Notes: generated from the sequence alone by a model not told the origin. Numbered from the stretch's first letter, positions 12,480 through 26,304 are shown. The stretch: DNA of 64,000 bases from Octopus sinensis (GCF_006345805.1 NC_043004.1:68696001-68760000); one strand, 5' to 3'. Program-made: numbers and translations.

Positions 12480-12775
12480 CAAGAATCGACTTTGCTACGA
12501 ACGTAAAAGTTTCTTATTAATTCATATTGTCGAGCATTTAGTCACACGCAATCATGACATATCACGGTCAATCACGACTAACCATAACCGAATAAGCAAT
12601 CTCTTTCACCTGTAATGTCATTTCGATAATCTTTCTGCCAAAAGCCCTTACTTCCTGCTCGTCCTCCTCTTCTTCCTCCTCTACCTTCTTCTTCTTCTTC
12701 TTCTTCTTCTCTTCTTCTTCTTCTTCTTCTTCTTCTTCTTCTTCTTCTTCTTCTTCTCCTCCTTCTTCTCCTCAA
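12383..12775. repeat. (TAT)n (12383-12476) and (CTT)n (12655-12775) tracts
   Basis: Directly visible. Confidence 0.9.
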
Positions 12776-13242
12776 TACAATGACAAAAACAAACAAAAGA
12801 TCATGGCCGCAACCTGAACATATTCACTTGAAAATGTCATGCCTTTTTAGACATAGCCCTCCTTTGGCTACACAAATATTGATTGACCAAAGGAGCAGAG
12901 TACAATTCAATTCTGATCTATCGAACAATACTAATTTGTTTTCCTTCCTTTAACTTTTCTTTCCTACGAATTTTCAAGTTTTCGAGTTTTCGAGTTTTCT
13001 AAGTACATTGGGATGTGTCAAACGGTGTATGTGCAGTCGCTGATTCTTTGAGAAAATTAATGACACTCAATTGTATTGTGTCATAACTAACTTGCACGCT
13101 GTGAAGTTCGTGACAGTTCACAGGAGAAATGACAGCATTGTTTCCTGAACGGTACAATCGGAAAGCTCATTCACTATAATCTACTGCTTTTATATTCTGG
13201 CTCTTTTCTTTTCTATCTTTTATTTCATTTTACTTTATTTTA

Positions 13243-13288
<46 letters not shown>

Positions 13289-14045
13289 TTATTATTATTA
13301 TTATTATTATTATCATTAGTTTTGCTTTTCCCCTCATGCTGTCTCTATCCAGATCGTTATCCAGCATCTTTCCTTCCTCTTCACAACTCCATTCACTTAT
13401 TTAATCAGATATTCTTTGACAAATATTCATTCAGCTCTCCAGAATGGACCTCCTTGTATCATACCTCCTGCATCTCGTTTCGAATTTTGTATTAATTCTT
13501 TATATAAATATCGTCGTTATTTTAACTTCGGTCAACTTAACTACATTTCTTTGTCAAACTTTACAACATCAGGTCTCACTAACCTGTCCTGTGTGTTCAC
13601 ATTCATATGACAAATATAAAAGAACGGGAAGAAATGAAAATGCATGTGTATAAGCGGAGCCATGCGGTTAATAAGTTTGTTTCGAAAACTTTGCAAAGCC
13701 AATCCCATAGATGCGACTTCGATTCCAGATTGCGTGTTTTTAGACAAATGTTTTTGATTTTAAACTACACGGTGAGAAAAATGTCGTAAATGGAATTTGG
13801 TAGCCAATAGCTGTGCAGCATAGGCTCGTCGAATATACATGTATATGTATGTCAGTCTGTCCCTCTGCATGTGTGCATGCATACTGCAACGAAATGGCGC
13901 CTGTTCAGGAAACGGACGGTTTTATTCTCGCTTGTTTGTTGGCCACGAAAACTTGATGGGTGAATTCCCTAACCTGTAAACTTTTTGTTCGTAACACATC
14001 GAATGCTATCTCTGTCTCTCTCTCTCTCTCTCTCTCATTCATATA

Positions 14046-14750
14046 CACAAAGTGCGGTGAATAAACTGTCGCCTAAATTACGCAGAAATGAAAATAACAC
14101 TGACATTTTAACAGATATATTTACCAAAATTACATAAAAATATATTGAAATACTAAGGAGTAAATTTATTCAATAAATTCGCCATTGTCTTCAACCACGG
14201 TTTCCACACAACTTCATAATCTCCTGTAACTCCTCTAGACAATCTCCATGTTTAAGTTAGTGAATGCTGCCTTAATCCTTGCCTTCAGTTAATCTTTGGT
14301 ATTACAAGGAGTTTTCTTGGTCTCTCGCTCATCTTCGTCCCACACATAAAAATAAAGGGGGTTGCAGTCCGGGGAGTTAGGTGGCCAGATGTTAGGGGTG
14401 ATGTGGTTGCAGAAATTGTCTGACAGCCATGACTGGGTTCTTCTGCTTGTGTGACATGGGGCAGAGTGCTGTGGCTAGATATAGGGTCTTGCAGCAGCCA
14501 CTCTCTTGACCCAGGGTAGTACTACCTCCTCCAGGCATATGATGTAGGCCTCTGTGTTTAGTGTGAGGCCGTGTTGGAAGATGAATGGAGGCATAACGTC
14601 ACCATAACCAGTGGTTACTCCAAACACCATGACGTTGAGTGGCTGTTTGACCTTTATCGCTCTCCGCACATATCCTCAGATTGCACTGTCCTCAGGTTGA
14701 CTCCCAAACACTCTGAAATGTCCATAATGGAACTTCTGGCGCGAATGCCA
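14046..14750 (-). mobile_element. Tc1/mariner maT (DD37D) transposon, 3' part, inactive
   Basis: Minus translation RPYI*PQHSAPCHTSRRTQSWLSDNFCNHITPNIWPPNSPDCNPLYFYVW has 37 residues between the catalytic positions, both mutated (D>H, D>Y). Terminus TA-cacaaagtgcgg near 14046. Confidence 0.85.
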
Positions 14751-14758
14751 AGCAGTAA

Positions 14759-14979
14759 TCTTTTATTTGTTTCAGTCATTTGACTGCGGCCATGCTGAAG
14801 CACCGCCTTTAATCGAATAAATCGGCCCCAGGACTCATTCTTTGTAAGCCTAGTATTTCTTCTATCGGTCTCTTTGGATAAACCGCTAAGTTACGGCAGA
14901 CACAAACACACCAACATCGCTTGTCAAGCGATGTTGGGGAACAAACACAGATATACAAACATATGTATATATATATATC

Positions 14980-15013
<34 letters not shown>

Positions 15014-15235
15014 GATATATATATATATACATATGTTTGTATATCTGTTTTGTTCCCCAACATCGCTTGACAAGCGATGTTGGTGTGTTTGTGTCTGCCG
15101 TAACTTAGCGGTTTATCCAAAGAGACCGATAGAAGAAATACTAGGCTTACAAAGAATGAGTCCTGGGGCCGATTTATTCGATTAAAGGCGGTGCTTCAGC
15201 ATGGCCGCAGTCAAATGACTGAAACAAATAAAAGA
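14759..15235. repeat. Near-perfect 477-bp palindrome: two inverted 3' halves of one SINE copy centred on (TA)n
   Basis: The arms share private variants (gctgaagcacc, ttggataaaccgc, atctaaatat); I see one substitution plus a TA-count difference. Confidence 0.95.
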
Positions 15236-15758
15236 ATATATATATTCACACACATTTCTACATATATACACACACCTTTCTAAATATATATACACACATA
15301 TATATAAATACACCTTGTGTTTGTGTGTGTGTGTGTGTGTGTGTGCATGCATATATAGCACATGCATGGCAAATTTTTGCTGTATCTAACTAACAAAATG
15401 GTGTTTTATATTATTTACCTGAGTAAAAAGACATGAAACTGCCTTTAAATTCTCGTACGAAAATTGCGTGACGATCATATAATGCTAGTTTGTAGGTGTT
15501 AGTAGGGGTAATCGCAAATTGGCTGTCTGAGAAAGGAATTCTGGCTTTACTGAACGAATGCAATTAACACTAGAGGCTGTTACCAGAATTTGCCTATCAA
15601 ATAACTGGCCTATCACACATTTTATAAGTTAAAATGAAATGAAACGAAGAAACTAACGATGGTCTCTATCAGCAAAAATTGCAGAACCTTGTTCGTGAAT
15701 AAGTTGGTTGAGTCACTATAACCGTAGATACAACGCGTTATGGTATTTAAATAGGCCT

Positions 15759-15968
15759 TAAGGCGGCAAGCTCGTGGAATCGTTAGCACGCCAGGCGAAA
15801 TAATTAATGGTATTTCGTCAATCTTTACGTTCTGAGTTCAAACTACGTCGCGGCTGCCTTTGCTTTTTATTCTTTACGGGTCGATAAAGTAAGTACTAGT
15901 TGCATATAAGGGTCGATGTAATCGACTTTGCTTTTCGCTTACAATTGCTGGCCTTGTGTCAAAATTTA
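15759..15968 (+). mobile_element. tRNA-derived SINE (family 1)
   Basis: taaggcggcaagctcgtggaatcgttagcacgcc...gttctgagttcaaac... matches the family consensus. Confidence 0.85.
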
Positions 15969-16419
15969 AAGATGATTTGTATTTCGGCTTTTTGCTCTTT
16001 GAGTTCAAATCCCGCTGAGGCCAACTTTACCTGTCATTCTTTTCGGGCACTCCTGCTCCATTAACAAGATATCACGAACAGTAGTGCCGCTATCGTCACC
16101 AACATATCCAGCGGGTTCTGCTTGGCAATGTTTATTAGGATATTAAGAGGGTGACTATGTCTACTCGTGATTACATATGCATCTAAAATAATTAAGCGAC
16201 GATTGATGCAAACTATCAGGTTATTGTCGATTCTAAGAGACAACTTTAGTAATTTATTTCTTTATAAGCGTAGGTACGGACGTGTGGTTAAGGAGCTTGC
16301 TTTGCAACCTTGTGGCTTCGGGTTCAATCCTACTGCTTGGCAGCTGGGGTACCTGTGAGTGCATTTAGCAAGCGGAAATTGTGTAGAAGTCTGTCGTATA
16401 TATATATATAGTCAATCCT

Positions 16420-16610
16420 AACATGTACAAAGAGAGAACACAAGAACGTGAGGACGTGGAACAAGTATAGTGTTATTGGATGCTCAGGAAAGGAAAGAAA
16501 GGATAATTTAACGTTTCGAGCGGAGCTCTTCCTGAGAAACATAGAAAGCGGAAAGGTCCCAGGAAGGGAAGACGGAGAGGGAAGGAGAAAGAAAATCGCC
16601 AACGATACAC
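16420..16610 (-). mobile_element. Penelope-like pseudo-LTR fragment (family G) with decayed minimal HHR at 16507-16540
   Basis: Minus strand reads GTTT-CTCAGGA-A-GAGC-TCC-GCTC-GAAA-CG-TT-AAAT. Helix II and the AACGTT palindrome are intact; the core is mutated. Confidence 0.55.
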
Positions 16611-17745
16611 GTGTGTGTGTGTGTGTGTGTGTATACATATATAATGTAAATATGTAACAAGGATTTCCAGGTATCAATACATTACGGACGCTTCGTTCCA
16701 TTTAATTGATCAATAAAATCATTACATCAGTTTGAAAGAAACCGCTCTCATCACTTGTAGATGACCATATAAGTTGCAACATAAAGGATAAACCATTAAA
16801 AAGAATTTATATCAATCCTAGAAACTGAAATAGTTACATTGTTTCCTTATGTTATATTTATGGCAGAATGAGTTTAGAAAATAATGTATATTTTATTAAG
16901 TATATTATAATTTAGAGAGTAGCAGAGGAAAATAGTGGGGTCAAGATATGGGAGTGGTGAGATAGTTGTTTATATTTAGAAGGTTTTATGCAGTCTACAA
17001 CCATTTAGAATTAATTCCATTGCAAGATGTCAACTGTGTTCTAGATGAAGGTGATAAATCAATTTATGTCAGACAATCTCACAGACCCTTATTTTACTGG
17101 AACTATATATCTAGCATTATCTACATAAAATGATATGCCTCAGAGCTGCTAGTAAGAGAATGACAGATGGGGAAGAGGTAATAACTCGAAGAGGAAGGAT
17201 AGGGCTAGTCAGTACTTGTTTAGATTATCAAATAAATGGGGAATATAACGAAAAAAAAAAGAGATAAGTAATATAAGCTTTAAAGGTGGGAATTAAAATT
17301 GAGGGATACGGGAAGGACACGGGATGTAGTAATTTATAACTTAGCAAGTTTATTATATTAAATATAGAAAAACATTTAATCAGTATATAGGAAAAGAATG
17401 GAAATTAAACTTAAAACCTAATAATGGCATACTTTAATATATATGAGAAAGCTCATAAGATCTTTTCTAAGTATATTAAGTGGCCATGATACAACCATTC
17501 CACAATGAATATAATTGAATTAAATTATCATCTGAGTAGGAGTACATGGTATATATTAAAACAAAACAAGGATTATCCTCATTATGGGTGGATACGTATA
17601 AGATATCGAAAACATCGAATCGAATGTAAGAGGTAATGTAATCCTTTAAGTATTATTTCTTGATATGTATATAGATACCAAGAGTTTTTCCTTAAGATAT
17701 TCTCGTTATGTTATTTTTTGCATAATCTGAAATAGAATACTCTTG

Positions 17746-17957
17746 TCTCTTTACTTGTTTCAGTTATTTGACTGCGGCCATGCTGGAGCACCGCCTTTAG
17801 TCGAGCAAATCGACCCAGGACTTATTCCTTGGAAGCCTAGTACTTATTCTATCTGTCTCTTTTGCCGAACCGCAAAGTTACAGGGACGTAAACACACCAG
17901 CATCGGTTGTCAAGCGATGTTGGAGGTGGGGGCAAACACAGACGTACAAACATATAC

Positions 17958-18006
<49 letters not shown>

Positions 18007-18168
18007 ACGGGCTTCTTTCAGTTTCCGTCTACCAAATCCACTCACAAGGCATTGGCCAACCCGAGGCTATAGTAGAAAACGCTTGCCCAAGGTGCCACGC
18101 AGTGGGAATCAACCCGGAACCACGTAGTTGGTACGCAAGCTTCTTACCACACAGCCACTCCTGCGCCT
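17746..18168 (-). mobile_element. tRNA-derived SINE (family 3, internal (TA)n, CR1-type tail), full length
   Basis: Head aggcgcaggagtggctgtgtggtaag and tail ccagcatggccgcagtcaaataactgaaacaagtaaag on the minus strand. Confidence 0.9.
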
Positions 18169-18262
18169 ATAACCACTCATGCGCTTATTGATAAATCCCT
18201 GAAACTGAACTATTATTATTTTCTATTATAATATATTTTGTATATTTCTAGATAAATATATA

Positions 18263-18465
18263 CCGGAGTAAACACATAAATGTGAAACAAGGTGGAAAAA
18301 AGAGTACTCAAATACCAATGGTAGAGTAATATGCTTCATTTAAAGCAGCAGAAAATTCAACAAAACCTGTTACTCTGAGTTTCCCGTTGCCGTTCAGCAA
18401 AAACTGTCCGATGAACGGCAACGGGAAACTCAGGGTAACAGGTTTTGTTGAATTTTCTGCTGCTT
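18263..18465. mobile_element. Penelope-like inverted insertion (family D) with 14-bp target-site duplication
   Basis: TAGATAAATATATA at 18249-18262 and 18466-18479. Inverted arms at 18341-18396 and 18412-18467 with a 15-nt spacer. Confidence 0.85.
18399..18446 (+). ncRNA. Variant type I hammerhead ribozyme motif (family D)
   Basis: CTGT-CCGATGA-A-CG-GCAA-CG-G-GAAA-CTC-A-GGG-TA-ACAG. Helix I CUGU/ACAG, GNRA-capped helix II, GUA triplet; U4 is C. Confidence 0.55.
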
Positions 18466-20244
18466 TAGATAAATATATAGAAATATATTAATTTCAAGAC
18501 TCCACTGCACGATATGAAGATGCATGTATTGCTAAAGGGTTGTACCTGATTGATTTGGAAATTCGTGTTCACACATTTGTCAAAACTTATATGTGTATAT
18601 AATTTTGCAAGTTATCCCCACCAGTTAAATATGTTAGCCAAATTTCCCTTACGTCTACAACCTGCAAGAGGAAGCAGAAAGAAGCTTTTGGTGGATATGG
18701 AAGACGAATGAGCAGTTAAACCGGAAGTCGGTATGACACGACGAGCAGCAATTCGGTCACCGGTGCCGACCCACCAACGGGAGGGTGTTATGGTTCAGAG
18801 TGAACACACTCAACGATTGTTGGACACTATTTGTAAATATCAATTCCTCATGGTCAAGGCTTCCTTCATCATAGGTAAATGAAGATAAAGCATATTTCAG
18901 ATATGACAAATAATATTATCAAATTAAAAAACGAACAGTAGAAAATGTATAGAAAAAGGATAACAGAGTAACGCTGGTGGTAGATGTTAGGATGTTAAAG
19001 GTTGATGAGGAAGCATTGTTACTGAATAAATCAGAGGGAGTTGAGTTAAGAGAAGTTTAGAAAAGGTAAACGTACTTAAGAACAAAACAAGAGAAGGTGA
19101 AAAAATGGAAATAATGAAAAACTGGAAAATAAAAATTTGAAAAAAAACAAGTAAGTGTGTGAGTGGAGAATTTAATAGACTCACAAATTTCAAAAACACC
19201 CCAAAAAAAGTTTCGGGAACGATGCATGAGATATAAAAAAAATTCTCAATGAATCCTCAAAGAATCTCGAATAATTTTGAAGGTTTCAGAGTAACCAGCA
19301 CAGAAGGAAATGTAATTTGTAGCTGTATTCTGTTTAGAAAAAAGAGGAGATTGCCACTTATGGAGTGTCTTCGATCGTGGCTGACCTGTATCTAAACAAA
19401 AACAACAATAACTACATCAATGACATCATATAAACTACATCTGAATAATGATTGTCCTTGGTCTCACGCAGGTATTTCTGTTCCTAATCAATGAAAATAT
19501 GTAAAGCCGCGGGCAGTTTTTTTCCCATCAAAACCAAACTCATTCCTTTAAAAAACATGAGTAAAATATGTCGGCTATTGTATCATCTACATTATTAACC
19601 ATCCCCATTCTGTTCCTCTTACCTCCACCTCATTTACTTTTAGCCCCCTCCTCCTCCTCACCGTTTTCATTATCAGTCTCTAGCAATAATAAAAACGCTG
19701 AGGTAACAACAACAAAAATAACTAGTAAGTAAAAAAAAAAGAAAATAATAGATGAAGCAGTAAAATATATAGGAACAAAAATTTAGAGAAGAAATACTAA
19801 AAGAAAAAATCATAGAAAATCTAAGCATAATTTAAACGTCACCAACAGCAGCAATAACAAGAAGAACAAGTGTGATAGAAAAAAATGATGGTTATAAATA
19901 CAAACAATAATAACAATACCGAGACTATGATGACGGGAACAAGAAGAAGAAGAACATAATGACGATATGATTATATCTGATTCACACACACACAGGTATG
20001 TGTGTGTGTGTATGTATGTATGTATGTATGTATGTATGTATGAATGTATGTATGTATGTATGTATGTATATATATATATATTTATATACACACAGGTATG
20101 TATGTACATACACAGGTAGGTATGTATGTAAGTATGCATATATATATATATATATATATACATACATATATATATACATATATATGTGCATACGTAATTT
20201 ACATATATATATGTATATATATATAGATATACATATATACATAC

Positions 20245-20275
<31 letters not shown>

Positions 20276-20299
20276 AAATACATATATATATATATATGC

Positions 20300-20346
<47 letters not shown>

Positions 20347-20572
20347 TATATAAATTCTGTTTAGTTAATAGGAGAAAATATTAAAAAAAAACAATAAATG
20401 GACTATTAACTAAAACAAGCAAAAAATTCTTTTCATATCTCCTCCTCCTCTTCCTCTTTCTTCTGTCTTCGTTTTCTGAATAGATAGTCATCGTCGTCAT
20501 CGTCATTGTTTCGGCGATGTTCATATATACTTTTATATAGTCTACTTGTCACACTAACATACACACTGTAGT

Positions 20573-20632
<60 letters not shown>

Positions 20633-22859
20633 TTGTTTTCCTTTTTACTGTTTTGGACAGCTAAGTTATCGCCCCAGACAGCTACCACGTTATCGGCAAG
20701 AAAGAGAAGAACTGAAGGAAATATTATAAAGACATCTCCTTCGTTCTAAGTCCTCTCATTTCTTCGTTTTCTTAGTAATTGCTGTAGTTAACTCTTTGCA
20801 AAAGCGGCTTAGAATCTACGCAAGTGTATTTAGTAAATAAATGGAGATTTCCACCTTAATTACAAGGGATTCGTTGGAAATGGACAACAAAACTTCTAAA
20901 TAAGATAAGACTTATCTCAAGGAATACACATAAAAAATGGTAATTATAGCCATTTGCTCCAAGAAGCTGTAGCAATATGTAAAACAAGTTTGTCTGAGAC
21001 AGTTTCTTCTGATCAAGGAACGTTAAAATACTACTATCGCAAGGCAGTATAGAGAGGTATCTCTACGTAATTGTTGTCTCAACGTACATTATTTCTTCAG
21101 CCATATTGCATATGTTTCGCGGTTTCCTTTTTGATATATAATTTTCAGTCATTATCTGAACATAAAATAGATAAAAAAATATATTTATTTAAAAAACTGA
21201 GGAGTTAGAACATGAACTCCTAGCAGAATGATTTCCTAACATTACAGTTTCGATACGCACTTGGAAATACTTCACATTTTCGAAATTCTCTTCAAGTATT
21301 ACGCTTTCCTTTTCTTTTCTTTTAAAGGTCTTCTCTAGACACAACATCGTCCCTGAATAAGCAAACCTTTGGTTGAAGCATTCTGGTTAAGTCTATCCAA
21401 TTTTTTATTCAGTTGAAATACACGAAACAAAAATGTTCAGATGTGGCTATATAGGAGTAGGTGTTCCTGTTTAAGTAAGAAGCTCGGTTTGTAACAAAGT
21501 GGTTTTGAGTTTAATTTCACTGTGTGAAAAGTTTGGGTAAATGTCTTCTACTACAGCTCCGGTCAATTTAGAAGATTCCTGCTGGCCTTTTGAAGTCCGC
21601 AAAGCGACGCCACAAGCTGAAGACAATAACCAAGGCCGAGGGGAGATAAACTTTTACCTTCGGGGTTTTTTGGTGACCGCAAATGGTGGCACGGCCGAAA
21701 CTCAATAGCAAATGGCAAAGGGAAGTAATCACTTATTGTTTACCTTTATAGCGAGGCATTTGCCCCTCCATATTTGAAGAAGTTTTAGGCCAGCGTGTTT
21801 AGAAGGGGACCTGTTTGTAGTTTGTAGAGAAAACGTTAAACGTGCCTGAAACAAAATCCTCTCCCGCCACCAAGTAAAAGACATGGAGAACTATGAAACG
21901 AGGCGAATAAGTAAGTATCGGGAGTGAAGGAAACTAACACTCGATTGTTCTAGAATTCCCAGAATAAAAATGCAAACACCTGAAAGACTTTCCCTCTTTT
22001 CATTACTAAATGTCTTTCCCTCTTCTTCATTGTTAAAAGTAAAAAAAAGCCAGAAAAGATCGATCATATTTCTGTCTAATTGTCATTTCAAATGACTGAG
22101 GCTTTCCTTTCTCTGTCTCTATCGCTTCACTCCTTTTATCTACGGTTAAGAGTGTGAAGGTGCGTGACTCAGTGGTTAGGGACATTCGGCCCATGATCGT
22201 AAAATAATGAGTACAATTCTCGGCGGCGCGCTGTATTAATTAACTTCCGAGTTAATTTTATCCTTGTGTGACAATGAAAAGTGGAAGTGACATCTAATAT
22301 TTGTCTTTCATTTAACATTGTGTCTATGTATCTATGCATCCACTTTTCTTTCGATGGATGTATCTACTGTCTCTCTCGCTTTCTCTTTTTATCTCTCACT
22401 TTCACTATGTCCCTCCTCTCTCCCGCTTTTAATTTAACAATATGTGTACGTGTCTATGTATCTACTTTTCTTGCGATCTATGTATCAATCTACTCTGAAA
22501 ATAACGATAGACATTTAAAAACACAAAACAAACGCCGTCACCACCCGCTGTCTCTCTCTCATTTCCTTTCTGTCCTCTCCCGCTTTGTCACACTTCTTCC
22601 TTTGAAATATGTGTGACACACGCCTCAGGTACGTACGTACAAAAACAAGCTGTCGTATTGATATCATTGATATATATATTATATAAATATATATATATAT
22701 ATATACAAAATTTAAAGGACTGACCACTAAAAATGTAAAAATATTTTAATCTGCGGATTTTTTTAATATGCTGGGCCACTGGTTTTAATTGATTAATATC
22801 AATTTCTACCCTTATTAAATTTTAAATTATATACATATATATATATATGCACACACGCT

Positions 22860-22895
<36 letters not shown>

Positions 22896-23254
22896 CTTAC
22901 TTACCTAGCTACCTATTTACATACATATCTATCTATCTGTCTATCTACCTATTTGTTTGTGTGCGTATGTGTGTGACTATGTGTGTGTCGTTTTTGTCTC
23001 CTCCCACAGCTTGACAGCCGATGTTTGTTTATTTACGTCACAGAAATTTAGCACTTCATCAAAAGATTCTGTCTCATCAACAAATTCAGAACTCATCTGA
23101 CCGAAAACCCAATACTCCATTTGTATGCTTCAAAGAGTTCGCAAACACCATATTTGAGAGCACTGATCTACAAAACGATGACAGAAGATGATCTGTTGTT
23201 GCTGTTGTTGTTATTTAATCCTGATTTAACTTGCCTCGAGAAAAATTATTGCAG

Positions 23255-23625
23255 TCATGACATTTCACATCATTTTATTTCAGTCATTCGCTGGATTATG
23301 TTATCCAATTATGATACATTACTCACCTTGTCATTTTGATTTTTCACATCATGAAGTGTATTCTGACGATGATTTGACTCTTATTTTTAGCAAGTTCAGC
23401 GAACACATAGACGATCTTATTTTCGTAGTAGATATATTAAATAATTCAAACTGCTCCAGCCTTTAGAATGTCATCCTCACTGGATGTGGCCGAGCATTAT
23501 CCTGATGGAAGAACACCTTTCGTCTTGAAACCAAACATGGTCAATTTTCTACTAGCGCTGGCTTGAATGTGTGTTACATATCCCAGTGCCTCAATAATTA
23601 CAGGTATAAATCTGAACTTGTAATC
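23255..23625 (-). mobile_element. mariner (DD34D) 3' fragment, highly decayed
   Basis: Minus translation contains RKVFFHQDNARPH followed by a degenerate PYSPDL region. Confidence 0.65.
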
Positions 23626-23783
23626 TGGATGTATGTATGTATGTGTGTATGTATATCAATATGAAGCGTATACTATTGTAATAGAACCAATCTAAACACC
23701 AGTAGTTTGGTCACGGGTCACCTTTTTTGGTGAGTGTTGGTCCAGGCACATAATGACGGTCGGTTTAAAAACATCTGATACAG

Positions 23784-25490
23784 CAGGTATGTCAAAATGA
23801 GGTTCCCGAGGGGAATATGGGTCATATTTGTTTTGTTATGAGGGTTGCACTAGCTTCAATTATAACTGGAGTCATTTAATAGAAATTATTGCAGAATATT
23901 TTCCTTACTTAATCTTAGAAATGTACTAGGGTTTTGCTAAATTCAAGAATACAAAGTAAGGAAGTAGTTTAGAAAAAAAAACCGAAACAAAAAAATTAGT
24001 TTAACAAAATAAAAACCCAAAAAACGAAATTTTAAACGGTATCATAGATTTGAATGCAACAGCAACAAATACATTGTACAAAAATTACAGTAGTTCAAAA
24101 TGAACACTTATTTACGATTATTCAAACATTTTTAGTGTTTTGTCCTGAGGCTTCACACACCTTTTTGCTGACAATGTTTGGTATGTCTGGTTGAAATGTC
24201 TGTGTGGTTCCAGTTTGATCACAGATGACAAGTGTCCATCAGTCAGTCTTGTCCTCTGAGAAGTTTTTGCTGGTTTCATGAAGGAAAATAACTTTCTTAC
24301 ACACAGGTAGAACCAAACATTGCTGTAACCCTTGTGGCAAGCTTTCTGAAGTTTTTAAAGTTTTCAGGAAGGTATGAAAATAAACCAGGTATCCCTACTT
24401 CAAAATACTTTGCTCTGAGTGAAGAATCTGACTGCATTTTTCCATCTCCAGGCTTTATTCTGCTTTAGCAACATCAAAGGCAAATTGTGCTGAGAATAAT
24501 GTAAACGGGTGTTTAAAAGACGAGAAATCACGAAATCTTTCAAGAGATTTCTTTGACAACAATTCTAGGTGAGTGTCAAACTTGGCAAAGCTAAGTACAG
24601 ACTCAGCATTAGCACTGTTTTTCAGCCCTTTGCACTTAGGAAAATGAACTGAATTTTCATTTGACAACTGTAACTTCCATAAGCTTAATTTTGTAATAAA
24701 GTACTTGATGTTATCATACAACTGAGCGATGATTGTAACTTCAAATTGAGACCAGTTAATTGTACAGTAATGTCCACAGCAAAAGCCAGATCCTGGAGCC
24801 AACTCTCATCTTTTATTTCATCTGTGTTTTGACTTTTCATCTCCAAAAACGTAATTATTTCTTGTCTCAACAAATAAAATCTTTTCAGCACTTTGTGGCA
24901 AGACAACCACCGGACTTCTGTGTAGAATGGAACATCAGTGAACTGACCCTCCATATCTTCCAACGACTCACTGAATTGACTGTGGTTAAGAACATGGCTT
25001 CAGATATAGATCAATGTCTTTGTGACCAAATTTTAAAATCTTTGAACGCGAATTTTGCTGATGAATAATGCAGTGAAAATGTGCAAATAATGAATCTCGA
25101 TGCAAATTGTCCATTTTTGTTCGTAATTTGTCAGCAACACCATTATGTCTGCCAACCATATTGGCAGCGCTATCGCTATATAAGCACGCAAGTTTACTCA
25201 AATCTAAACCATAGTCATGCAGAACCTGTTCGACTTTCTCAAAGATGCCATGAATGGGGATCAGTTCAATCAGTTCTTCATAAATATTAAATTCACTCTC
25301 ACAGGCCCTGGTGGAAACGCGAGCTGTGCTATTCCAGTGATGTCAACGGTCTCATCAGTAGCAATAGAATAATGTTCAAATCTTGATGATGCGGCTTTCA
25401 ACTGTTGTTTCAAATCACCTGACATGTCATCAATCCGTTCAGTAACTGTATTCCTGATTAACAAAATACGACCCTGAGTAGTCGTCACAA
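23784..25490 (-). mobile_element. hAT transposon (SPIN/Charlie/Buster-type), 5'-truncated, frameshifted
   Basis: Motifs ATDETVD..QLA, SDSAANMVG, HCIIHQ, EVRWLS, WLQDLAFAVDIT; terminal caggtatgtcaaa at 23784. Confidence 0.9.
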
Positions 25491-25509
25491 TGGAAGATCC
25501 CTTCACCTA

Positions 25510-26120
25510 CATGGGCGAATAAGGCACGAGAAAACCGCAGCTCAATCAAGCGCATGCTTATCCTGTTTTGCGACATGTGTGGTATTGTGCATTGATAATT
25601 CTACCCCCACATCGGGTCAGACGCTCAATGAAGAGTTTAACTGCGACGTTTTGAAATATATGTGAGAAGACATTCGACGAAAGTGACCAGGTATGTAGAG
25701 CGTGAAGAATTGAATTCTTAACGACGATACCCTGTCACCGAGGTCTCATCACGTGTGTGTTCCTCGCCAAAAACAACTGAGTATCGTTTCCGCATCTGCG
25801 CTATCCGTCGCACTTAGCACCTGCTGACTTCCATCTTTTTCCCAGGATGAAAATTTAGCTCAAACGTCGCCGTTTTAACACCGTTATCGATGTTCAGAGT
25901 GAATCATAGAAGGTCCACCGCTCGTTTACGGAAATCAAATTCCAAGCCAGATTCTAAAAAGGGACAGGAACCCTGGGACCGGTGTATTGCTGCGCAAGGT
26001 GACTATTTCGAATGAAATGATGTTAAAACTATTTCCAAGAATTGATGTCAATGTAAGATAAATAAGTTATTTTTTTTTATTAAAGATAACTTGTCCATGA
26101 ACTTTTTGATACCAATATGT
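25510..26120 (+). mobile_element. mariner (DD34D) 3' half, inactive
   Basis: Translation ...YPSHLAPADFHLFPRMK..LKRRRF; 3' TIR-like aactttttgatacc; related to 62858-63757. Confidence 0.8.
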
Positions 26121-26121
26121 A

Positions 26122-26131
26122 TGTATGTATG

Positions 26132-26205
<74 letters not shown>

Positions 26206-26227
26206 GTGTACACATATAAATATACAT

Positions 26228-26297
<70 letters not shown>

Positions 26298-26304
26298 GTA
26301 TATA

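Noticed and set aside
13351-13610. 260-nt open frame after a pyrimidine-rich AG
   Set aside because: No recognisable domain or donor; open frames of this length are expected by chance in pyrimidine-rich DNA.
20360-20414. 12-bp inverted repeat TTTAGTTAATAG/CTATTAACTAAA with a 31-nt spacer
   Set aside because: Very AT-rich, no TSD or second copy; plausible by chance.
21612-21715. CTGAAGA ... GGCCG/CGGCC-GAAAC, a possible HHR
   Set aside because: A 10-nt insertion separates the core from helix II, there is no UH triplet, and helix I cannot pair.
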